Shown here in pieces: positions 25,641 to 33,429 of a stretch of DNA of 41,322 nucleotides. Made by a program: the position numbers and the translations under genes. Source of the DNA: a virus (Duplodnaviria; Caudoviricetes); IMG/VR virus record IMGVR_UViG_3300031473_000002, positions 1-41,322 of that record; one strand, 5' to 3'. The notes below the pieces were generated by a model. It saw only the letters and a list, made by a program, of their open reading frames with translations, was not told the DNA's origin and searched no databases. Position 1 is the stretch's first letter. Every line of letters starts with the position of its first letter.

Positions 25641-25762
25641 TTACCACCGGCTTTGGCTTCGTCGTCTTGGATGACCTTCTTGCGGGAGTCATCGGGGTAG
25701 GGGTCATTTCGGGTGAGGTCGAGGTCATTGTCCTCGGGTTCAACCGGGATGGTCTCCGTCAT
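25637..25762 (-). CDS. Small acidic peptide (41 aa, absent from the ORF track)
   Basis: RBS AAGGAG; MTETIPVEPEDNDLDLTRNDPYPDDSRKKVIQDDEAKAGGK*; GTGA overlap with the lysin. Confidence 0.55.
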   Translation of the reverse strand: MTETIPVEPEDNDLDLTRNDPYPDDSRKKVIQDDEAKAGGK

Positions 25763-25818
25763 TTTGGGGCTCCTTCGGGGTGTTGGTTTCGACCATACGC
25801 CACCGGGCACCGACAAGG

Positions 25819-26193
25819 TCAGTCGCCGGTCTCTGGTGTGTCGGGAAGCGGTGGGCGTGATCGGGAGTTGGCGTACCTTCGGCGCTCGAAGAAGGTAATG
25901 AGCAGGACGGCGCGGTTGGCGAGCAGCAAACCGACCGGGTTGAGCACCGCGTACCAGCCGAACGGTTCACCGATGCGGGTCACGTTCTGCCACACGACTT
26001 CCCCGGCGAAGAAGAGGAACGCGATCCCGACGTTGACCACGTGGGACGGTAGGACCCCCTTGAGTGGCTGTCCGCCGCTTGCGGCTTTCTCGTTGCGGCG
26101 GGCCTTGTTGTAGTACCAGACGGTGGCGAGGGTCTGGTAGACCAGCACCGCGTACAGCACGACGGCGACGCCGCGCAGCATGTCCCAGATCAT
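25819..26193 (-). CDS. Membrane protein (about 3 TM) of the lysis cassette
   Basis: Hydrophobic segments; ATGA-coupled. Confidence 0.65.
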   Translation of the reverse strand: MIWDMLRGVAVVLYAVLVYQTLATVWYYNKARRNEKAASGGQPLKGVLPSHVVNVGIAFLFFAGEVVWQNVTRIGEPFGWYAVLNPVGLLLANRAVLLITFFERRRYANSRSRPPLPDTPETGD

Positions 26194-26810
26194 TCTTGGT
26201 CCTGGTCTTTGCTGTGCTCGGACCACGTGTTGTTCGGAGCCGTGTCGTCAGGAAGGGTGCCGATGCCCCCGGTCAGCAGTTCCTCTGAAACTTCCACGCC
26301 GGCTTTACGAATAGCGTCGCGGAGGGCGTTGACGATGACCCACAGCCGGCGAACCTCCGCTGCGTGCTCGGCTTCCCGATCCTCCGCCCTGCGACGAGCG
26401 CTGCGCTCCTCCTCGATCGTGCGGGCCACTTCTTCGGCTTGCCGCTCCGCGTCTACCCGGCGGGAGCGGCGTTCCTGCTCCAGCTCGTCGGAGCATCGTC
26501 GGGCGGCGGCTTCGGCAGCCGCGGCGCGTTCCTCAGCAGAAACCACTCGTCTCTCCAACTGTTGGATGTTTCCGTAGGCGATCCGCAGCGACTCCGCGTT
26601 GGACGCCTCGGCGCGGCGGTACGCCTCAGACTCGATGCGTTGAAGCTCTACGTCGTTATGCCGAACCGTCTCCCGTTTGCGTTCTTCCTCTGTTTGCTTG
26701 GCGGCCGCGGCGGCCTGCTTCGCACGACCACGCTCATTCCACTGAATGTAGACAACGCTGGCGATGGCGAACATCCCGGAGATAACCGCACCCAGGATCA
26801 CGCTGTTCAC
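26190..26810 (-). CDS. Membrane-anchored coiled-coil protein (lysis cassette)
   Basis: N-terminal TM, then a long E/R/A-rich coiled coil. Confidence 0.7.
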   Translation of the reverse strand: MNSVILGAVISGMFAIASVVYIQWNERGRAKQAAAAAKQTEEERKRETVRHNDVELQRIESEAYRRAEASNAESLRIAYGNIQQLERRVVSAEERAAAAEAAARRCSDELEQERRSRRVDAERQAEEVARTIEEERSARRRAEDREAEHAAEVRRLWVIVNALRDAIRKAGVEVSEELLTGGIGTLPDDTAPNNTWSEHSKDQDQE

Positions 26811-27626
26811 TCATGCCTCCCAGGCGACGTCGAACGCGCAACCGATGTTGGTGTCGGCAAGGCCAACGTTTACGCCGCTGCTCTGGATGATTTGCACGGC
26901 CCACACGTCGTTGACGACGCAGTCCTCGACCCACCCTAGGGTTTGCCCGTTGTAGGCGGCGGCGTTGACCCCGGACCCGGCGGGTTGGGTGATCCCGGCG
27001 ACGGCGGTGCCGTTGCGGAGCAGCCTCAGACCCCGCGGGCCGTCGGGGTTGTTGTCCCACTGCACCTTCGCTGACACCCGGTAGCGGCCTGGCACCTTGA
27101 TGGTGATCCCGTCCCGGGGGGCGGGGCTCGCCATCGCGTCGGTGTCGATCGCGGTGGCGGCGAAGGTGACGGTGGTCGGGACTGTGGCGGTGGTGAGGTT
27201 GCCGCCCCCGACACCGGTGAGCCGGCACCGTGGCCGGGTGGTCCGACCGCCGCCGGCGGTGGTGGTGGGTGACAGCACCCGGCCGGCGGTGTCGACGGCG
27301 GCGAGGAGGTTCCCGGCGGCGTCGCGGAACTCGCGAAGGTTGGTGGCCTGCCCGGCGACGAGCTGGTCAGTGGCGCCACCGGTGACCTTCGCGCCGACCA
27401 CAGCCCATGCGGCGCCGGAGTCCCGGAACATAACCCCAACGTCGGTGGCGAACCAGTAGCGGTCACGGATCGACGCCGCCGGCCGGGCAGAGAGGAGGCC
27501 CGCCTCGAAGCGGCCGGCGTAGGTCTCAACGGACGCCATCGCGGCGTCCAGGTCGACACGGCGGAGAGGGTCGGTGCCGGCGGACCATCGGCGCACGAGC
27601 ATCCGGGCCGTGGTCGTAATGGTCAC
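26811..27626 (-). CDS. Tail fibre/receptor-binding protein
   Basis: After the baseplate genes; 'YWFATD' repeat and C1q/TNF-like C-terminus 'ITIKVPGRYRVSAKVQW'. Confidence 0.68.
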   Translation of the reverse strand: MTITTTARMLVRRWSAGTDPLRRVDLDAAMASVETYAGRFEAGLLSARPAASIRDRYWFATDVGVMFRDSGAAWAVVGAKVTGGATDQLVAGQATNLREFRDAAGNLLAAVDTAGRVLSPTTTAGGGRTTRPRCRLTGVGGGNLTTATVPTTVTFAATAIDTDAMASPAPRDGITIKVPGRYRVSAKVQWDNNPDGPRGLRLLRNGTAVAGITQPAGSGVNAAAYNGQTLGWVEDCVVNDVWAVQIIQSSGVNVGLADTNIGCAFDVAWEA

Positions 27627-27670
27627 GCGGGCAATCCTCTCCGACAACCACCGGTAACGGGTGGACGCGC

Positions 27671-28324
27671 CTAGGTTGTGGCTTCCACGTCGCCCCAGGT
27701 GGGGGCGACCGTCTCTTGGGTGGTCCAGGTTGCGTAGGCGGCCTCGATGGTGTCCCAGGGGGCGGCGTAGTAGGTGTGGGTGACGATCACACCGGCGGGT
27801 CGGGCCCGGCCGGTCTCGACGGCGGTGACCACCGATGAGGGACCACCGGGGGTTTCCTCGACGACGGTGATGACATCAATGTTGTGGGGTCCGGTGGGTC
27901 GGACCCGCACCGACCGGGTTCCGGTGAGGACGGCTTGGGCGGCGGTGACGATCGCACCGCGGGTTCCGACTTGCCACCCGGCGGAGGCGTCGGCGATGGT
28001 GGCGCGTCTCGCGGGCACGTCGAGGGCCGGGTTGAGGGTCACACCGACGAGGGTGGCGAGCCACGGCAACCACCCGGGGTCGGCGAAGGCGGGGTCGACG
28101 AGGTCAGATGTGGCCCAGGCGTCGAGGGCCGGGTCGTAATCCGGGTCGTCGGGGGCGACGTAGTCGATGCGGTCTATGAGGTCAACGATCGCCCCGAGCT
28201 GGTCGACGACCAACGACAGGTAACGCAACAGGGCGAAGTCTTGGGCGGTGTCGGCGTGCCGGTAAACCTCGGGGAGCCCGTCATAGACCCGGCGGGTGGT
28301 GGCGTGGACGGCGGGGGCGGCCAT
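27671..28324 (-). CDS. Baseplate wedge/tail protein I (P2 gpI-like)
   Basis: 'LPEVYR..D..LLRYL..DP..WLPWLATLVGV..GTRGAI..RPAGV'. Confidence 0.85.
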   Translation of the reverse strand: MAAPAVHATTRRVYDGLPEVYRHADTAQDFALLRYLSLVVDQLGAIVDLIDRIDYVAPDDPDYDPALDAWATSDLVDPAFADPGWLPWLATLVGVTLNPALDVPARRATIADASAGWQVGTRGAIVTAAQAVLTGTRSVRVRPTGPHNIDVITVVEETPGGPSSVVTAVETGRARPAGVIVTHTYYAAPWDTIEAAYATWTTQETVAPTWGDVEATT

Positions 28325-29793
28325 TAGGCGGCGGTGACAGCGAAGGCACCGGCGGAGACGAGGGGACCTCGGCCGGTGAGGACAACGTCGGCGGCGGGGG
28401 TGGGCATGGTGGCGACCCGGTCGACCCCTTCCACCGCGGAGATGAGGGCGATGAGCTCAAACCGGTAGACGGTGGCGGCCCACGGCCAAGTGTCAGGGTT
28501 GAGGTAGGCGCGGAGCGCCGCGTCGACGGCCGCCAGGACGGTGGGGATGTCATAGCCGGGGAGGATGGTGACGGTCGCGGTGACAGCGACCGGGTTGAGG
28601 GTTGGGTCGGCGACGTAGATGGTCAGTGATGCCAACGCGGCCGCCGTGAGTTTGTTGAGGAGGTCGGCTTTGTCGGCGGCCGACAGCGGCACACCACCGG
28701 GGCCGGCGGCGTAGACGGTGACGTGACCTGGGACGGTGCCTGACGCCGGGCCGGTGGTGTTGGCGGCGGGGAGGGCTTCACCGGTCCCGGCGGCTCCGGT
28801 GTCGGTGAAGTTGAGGGCTCCGGTGGTGGTGCCGCGGCGGACTAGGGTGCCGGTGCGGCCGTAGATGCGGTAGCCGGTGATGGCTCCGACGCCGCCGGGG
28901 ACGGCGGGGGCGGTCCACGTCAACGCGACGGAGCCGGTGGTCGTGGCCGGGACGGTGGCCGAGACAGAGGTCGACGCCAGCGTCTCCCCCTGGGCGTTGA
29001 TGGCTGAGACGCGGTAGGTGTAAACCCCGCCGGCCAAGGCGCCTCCGACGGCGGAGGGGACCGCGGTCGCCGCTGCCGGGGTGGCGATGGCGTTGGGGGT
29101 GAACAGGTCAACGGTGGTGGCGCGTGCCACATAAACCTGCTCGACGGCGGCCGCGGTGAACTGCTCCGGGCGGACGATCGTGGTTACTAGCCGTGACAGA
29201 CGGATGATGCCCCGGTTCAGGAACGCTTGTCCGTCCTCCGGCGGCGCACCGGAGGAGACGGGTGTGGCGAGGACGGCCGCGTTGACATAGGGGACCGGGT
29301 CGATGGTGGACAGGGCGACCCCGGCGGCGGTGCCGTTGGCGTCGACGGTGGGGACCCCGATGGCGACAACGGCGACGGTGCCGAAGGTTGACCCCGGCGC
29401 GATGGTCAGGTCGGTGGTGGTGGCGAACTCGACGGGGAGTAGGCCGTCACCGCGGTCGAGGATGAGCCGGGTCCCGGCGGGAATGGTGTGGCCGAGGTTG
29501 TCTGAGACGGTGAAGGTGACCGTTGCGGTTGCGGATTGACCGCCGTCCCTGGTGAGGCCGAACAGGCGGAGGAGGATTTCGGTGACGGCACCGGGGAGCC
29601 GGTTCGCGGAGTAGGCCAGCTCGGACGCTTCCAGCGCCAACGCTTCGAGGAGGGCGACCTCGGTGTTGCCTTCCCTCGGCACCCACTCGGGGAACTTGAC
29701 GGCGACCGCAGCCAACGCTTCCTCGAAGATGGTTTGGGCGTCGGTGTCGAACAGGGTGAGGTCGACGTATCCGGTGACATCGGGTGAGGCCAT
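28324..29793 (-). CDS. Baseplate J/gp47-like protein with inserted Fn3/Ig-like domain
   Basis: 'PEWVPREGNTEVALLEA', 'TIPAGT', 'VEGVDRV'. Confidence 0.9.
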   Translation of the reverse strand: MASPDVTGYVDLTLFDTDAQTIFEEALAAVAVKFPEWVPREGNTEVALLEALALEASELAYSANRLPGAVTEILLRLFGLTRDGGQSATATVTFTVSDNLGHTIPAGTRLILDRGDGLLPVEFATTTDLTIAPGSTFGTVAVVAIGVPTVDANGTAAGVALSTIDPVPYVNAAVLATPVSSGAPPEDGQAFLNRGIIRLSRLVTTIVRPEQFTAAAVEQVYVARATTVDLFTPNAIATPAAATAVPSAVGGALAGGVYTYRVSAINAQGETLASTSVSATVPATTTGSVALTWTAPAVPGGVGAITGYRIYGRTGTLVRRGTTTGALNFTDTGAAGTGEALPAANTTGPASGTVPGHVTVYAAGPGGVPLSAADKADLLNKLTAAALASLTIYVADPTLNPVAVTATVTILPGYDIPTVLAAVDAALRAYLNPDTWPWAATVYRFELIALISAVEGVDRVATMPTPAADVVLTGRGPLVSAGAFAVTAA

Positions 29794-29797
29794 TGGC

Positions 29798-30118
29798 TTA
29801 GAGCTCCTCGGCGGTGTCGCCACTGTCGTCACGGTAGGTCACGGTCACGGTTTCAGCGGTGTCGGTGACGTGGCGGGCGGTGACGTCGACGACAGCCAAG
29901 GGCGGGCCGAACGCGGCCAAACCGGCGGCGATGTCGGCGGCGGTGAGATCACCAAAGACGGGGTCCGGGACGCCGAAGGCGGGCACGAGTGGTCGCTCGC
30001 CGTGGCGGGTTGAGATGAGGATGGCGACGGCTTCGTCGTCAGCTTCGGGGGAGCCGTCCTCGACAGTGGCGACGGCGCCGTCCGTGGTGAGCCGGAACGG
30101 GTGGGACAGTAGTCGCAT
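29798..30118 (-). CDS. Baseplate wedge gp25/GPW-like protein
   Basis: 'HPFRL..ILISTRHGERPLVPAFGVPDP'. Confidence 0.85.
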   Translation of the reverse strand: MRLLSHPFRLTTDGAVATVEDGSPEADDEAVAILISTRHGERPLVPAFGVPDPVFGDLTAADIAAGLAAFGPPLAVVDVTARHVTDTAETVTVTYRDDSGDTAEEL

Positions 30119-30172
30119 GGGGGTCATCCTCTCCGATGGCGGCATCCGATGGTCGGAGGCGAAGGCCAGGGT

Positions 30173-30949
30173 TTACGCGGCCTCATAGGTGCCGGTGATG
30201 CTGATGATGTCGCCGACGGCGAGAACGGGCGCCGACACGTCAGACATGCGGGTCCCGTTGATGTCGACAAGTGTGACTGTGGTGGAGGTTCCCAGGAACG
30301 GGAAGCGGGCGAGTCGTGAGAGGTTTACTCCGGCTGAGGAGTCGAACACCATCGCGGAGCCGTAGGTGATGTTTGCTGGGTCGCCGGTGGCGACGGGGAG
30401 CGCGAACACGTAAACCCCGGATCCGAGGGTGGTGAGGGATCCGACGGTGATGGTGATGCGGAAGTTGACCCGTTTGCCGTCTTGTCGGTAGCGGGCGGTG
30501 ATGGTGCCGTTGCCGATGGTGGGGGCCGTGACACCGGCCGACCACACGGCGACACCGGCCGGGTAGTTGACCCACTGAGCCGGAGCCGTAGCGGCGGCGA
30601 GAAGGGCGTCAACTTCCGCCTCGGTGTAGTAGCGGGCGTCATGGGTATGGGCGGCGGCTGATTTGGCGCCGAGGAGGGCGTCGAGCTCGAGCTGGGTGTA
30701 GTAGGTCGCGTGGAGTCGGCCGATGATGGTGAGGTCATCGACGGCCGTCTCCGACCCCATCACGATGACCTCATGGCCGGTGGCGTACGGGCCACCGGCG
30801 GCCGGGAGGGGCCCCCACTCGGCGTCGGCGCCGGTGAGGCGGGGGACCGTGACGTAGATGCCTTCACCGACGACGCGAGTCACCACAGCGAAGTACGCAC
30901 CGACGAGGCCGGGGGTTTGTGGTGACCGAAGGCGGCCCAGGTCCGTCAT
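30173..30949 (-). CDS. Baseplate spike (gpV-like OB N-terminus) fused to a fibre-like domain
   Basis: 'AVVTRV..VTVPRL..WGP..VIVM..IIGRL', 'HTHDARYYTEAEVDALL' repeat, beta-rich C-terminus. Confidence 0.65.
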   Translation of the reverse strand: MTDLGRLRSPQTPGLVGAYFAVVTRVVGEGIYVTVPRLTGADAEWGPLPAAGGPYATGHEVIVMGSETAVDDLTIIGRLHATYYTQLELDALLGAKSAAAHTHDARYYTEAEVDALLAAATAPAQWVNYPAGVAVWSAGVTAPTIGNGTITARYRQDGKRVNFRITITVGSLTTLGSGVYVFALPVATGDPANITYGSAMVFDSSAGVNLSRLARFPFLGTSTTVTLVDINGTRMSDVSAPVLAVGDIISITGTYEAA

Positions 30950-32757
30950 TGGGCTCCTCCGGGCCGGACCGTGCTGGCCCCACCGGTCAAGCTCGGCAAC
31001 CAACGCATCGGGTCGACCTGTTCGCCGTACCCGGCGCCGGCTGGGCGGACCTCGAAGTGAAGGTGGGACCCGAATGAGCGGCCGGTGTTGTCGGCGTAAG
31101 CGAGGAGGGTGCCCGGCCGCACCACTTGGCCGACCTTCGCGACGGTGCGGTCAAGGTGGCAGTACATGATGTCATAGCCACCGACCCGGACCCGGACCAT
31201 GATGCCGTAGTCCCCGAACGGCCCGGAGTAGTTGACCTGCCCGGCCGTTGAGGAAACGATCCGCGAGCCTTGCGCGGCGGCGAGGTCGACCCCGGTGTGG
31301 TAGCCGGCGGCCCACGACCCCGGTTGGTGGTAGGGGGTGTTTATGGCCCGGGTGACAGTCGGCCACACCAACGGGCCGGTGTCGGTGACGGGGGCGATGC
31401 GGGGACCCGGCAGACCGTCCCAATGCAACACGACCGCGTCGAGCTCGTCCATGTACTGCCTGTGGAGGCCGGCGGTGAACGTCGACCATGCGCCCCAATC
31501 GCGGCCACCGTTGGAGATGCGGTAGGCGGTGCGGGCGTTGTAGAGGGCGTCGAGGAGTTTGGTGCGGACCCGGAGCCGGTCGTCGCCGGAGAAGTCTTGG
31601 GGCCGTTTGAGGGACCGGATTTGGAAGCAGCCGACTGACGGACCCCACTTAGCGTCGACTAGGTCAAGGTCGCCGAGGATGGTGGCGTCGGCGTAGGAGT
31701 ACCCGCCGCCGACGAACCCCACCGGTGCGGCGCCGGACTCGGCGATGGCGACACCGAGCGCGAGGCGGAGACCTTGACCGGTGAAGCCGGCGTAGCGGAG
31801 CAGGTCGATGAGTCTTTTCGACCCGGCGGCACCATCACCAGCACCACCAGCCCCACCGGCGGCGTTGTCATCGGTCTCCGGTTCCGGGTTGACGGCGGTG
31901 GATGCGTTGACGGTGACAGCCGAGGCGGCGTCGAGAGGGATGGTGACGTCGTTGACGAGGTAGGTGGACCCGAACGCCGGCACCTTGCGGAGCTCGATGA
32001 CCATGCCGGGCCTCACCCGGTCGCCGACCTCCGGCTCAACTTCCAACGCCACAGCGGCGACACCGTTCGGGTCGTCGGCTGAGGATTGCACCGACGGCCA
32101 GGGGTTGCGGAGGAAGCGGTCCCCGGGGGTGACCACCAACCGCTCGCCGTGTTCGGCGAGCCAGGTGGGTTGTCCGAAGTAGACGGTGCCGGCGGTGGCG
32201 AAAACTATGAAACCGAGTTCCTCGGCGAACCGGGCGGCGGCGGCGGCGTCGGACTCACGGCCGCGGCGGCCGATCTGGCGGCGTTTCGGGGTCGGTTGCC
32301 CAACGAAGCGGAGGCTCCGGCTGGCGCACCGTCGGGCGAGGTACTCGGTGGGGGATGTGTCCCGTTGGAGGTCACCGTCGGAGCCGGTGGTGCGGCGCAT
32401 CGCCCGCCAGTCGGCGTCGCGGGCGGTGACGGTGAGCCCGTCGTCGCCGCCGGCTCCGATGTTGGACACCCGGAAGCTCAGGTCGTGGTAGTCGACCTCG
32501 GTGCCGAGGTTGATGCGACCGCCGCCGAGGAGCCCGTAGGCGGTGTCAGCGAAGGCCAGGTCGAGAGTGGCCTGGGTGGATGTGGAGAGGCGGAGCGCCG
32601 CGGTGGTGACCCGTTCGGCGAGATGGTCGGGGAGTTGCTCGCCGGCGACGCGGAGACCCGACAGGCGACCACCGGCGAGGAACAGGCGCCCCGAACGGGT
32701 GGTGTCGAGGAGGGGACCTTCGGGCCGGTTGGCGACTGTCTTGGTGCGTTCCGGCAT
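30946..32757 (-). CDS. Baseplate hub (gpD-like) with SLT/lysozyme and M23 peptidase domains
   Basis: 'RESD..RFAEELGF' hub; 'AIAESG..VGCFQI..WGAWS'; 'HTGVDL..HL..HLHFEV'. Confidence 0.87.
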   Translation of the reverse strand: MPERTKTVANRPEGPLLDTTRSGRLFLAGGRLSGLRVAGEQLPDHLAERVTTAALRLSTSTQATLDLAFADTAYGLLGGGRINLGTEVDYHDLSFRVSNIGAGGDDGLTVTARDADWRAMRRTTGSDGDLQRDTSPTEYLARRCASRSLRFVGQPTPKRRQIGRRGRESDAAAAARFAEELGFIVFATAGTVYFGQPTWLAEHGERLVVTPGDRFLRNPWPSVQSSADDPNGVAAVALEVEPEVGDRVRPGMVIELRKVPAFGSTYLVNDVTIPLDAASAVTVNASTAVNPEPETDDNAAGGAGGAGDGAAGSKRLIDLLRYAGFTGQGLRLALGVAIAESGAAPVGFVGGGYSYADATILGDLDLVDAKWGPSVGCFQIRSLKRPQDFSGDDRLRVRTKLLDALYNARTAYRISNGGRDWGAWSTFTAGLHRQYMDELDAVVLHWDGLPGPRIAPVTDTGPLVWPTVTRAINTPYHQPGSWAAGYHTGVDLAAAQGSRIVSSTAGQVNYSGPFGDYGIMVRVRVGGYDIMYCHLDRTVAKVGQVVRPGTLLAYADNTGRSFGSHLHFEVRPAGAGYGEQVDPMRWLPSLTGGASTVRPGGAQ

Positions 32758-33429
32758 TTACGACCGCCGGGGGATGGTGAGGCGCCTGCCCGGCTTTATC
32801 CGGTGCGGGTGACGGATGCCGTTGGCGTTGGCGATGAGCCCGAAGCGGCCGGGTTCCCCGTAGAAACGCCGCGACACCGATGTTGGGGTGTCACCATGCC
32901 GCCAGGTGTAGGACCGTGGCTTGTCGTGGCCTGGGGCCCGGTCGTTGTCGCGGTGCCCACCGGAGGCGGGTCCGTTGTGGAGCTCGACGTCGGTGGCTTC
33001 GGTGAGTTCCACGGACAGCTCGACGCGGGTGGCTTTGTTGGTGCCTTCCTCGCGGAGGAGGACGGTGGAGGTCAGCCGGGAGATGCGCCACACACCGGCC
33101 TCTAGCTGGGAGCCGTGTTGGAACACGACAGGCCGGCCGTTGCTCGCCAACCGGCGGACCTGCCCGAGTACATCTTCGACGGAGATTTCCAGGCCGTCAT
33201 AGGCGAGGAGTTCTGTGAAGGTGTAGACCCGCAAACCGGCGCCGGTGACCTTGGTGAGTGGTCGCCGGCCGGGGCGGTCGAGGATGGCGATGGTGGGGGC
33301 GTCGCCGTCGTGGGTGCCTTCGCGGGGTGCGATGGGCAGCTCAACCCTGTCGGTGCCGGAGATGAGTACGGCGCGGCCGGTGGTGCCGCGGTTGCGGTTG
33401 GCGGGCCGGAGGATGTCGACGGCGCCCAT
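32758..33429 (-). CDS. Tail tube initiator-like protein with LysM domain
   Basis: 'SYTWRHGDT..SRRFYG..IANANGIRHPHRIKPGRRLTIP'; directly after the tape measure. Confidence 0.82.
   Translation of the reverse strand: MGAVDILRPANRNRGTTGRAVLISGTDRVELPIAPREGTHDGDAPTIAILDRPGRRPLTKVTGAGLRVYTFTELLAYDGLEISVEDVLGQVRRLASNGRPVVFQHGSQLEAGVWRISRLTSTVLLREEGTNKATRVELSVELTEATDVELHNGPASGGHRDNDRAPGHDKPRSYTWRHGDTPTSVSRRFYGEPGRFGLIANANGIRHPHRIKPGRRLTIPRRS

Noticed and set aside
25794-25826. Additional member of the N18 promoter class upstream of the lysins (GACTGACCT-N18-TATGGT)
   Set aside because: The -10 is plausible but the upstream element matches the consensus too weakly to count
26811-30949. Diversity-generating retroelement or invertible tail-fibre switch
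   Set aside because: No reverse transcriptase, invertase or template/variable repeat pair recognised
32086-33105. Long plus-strand ORFs (also 5923-6960, 39988-40938 and others)
   Set aside because: Antisense shadows of clear minus-strand genes, expected at high GC; no recognisable motifs
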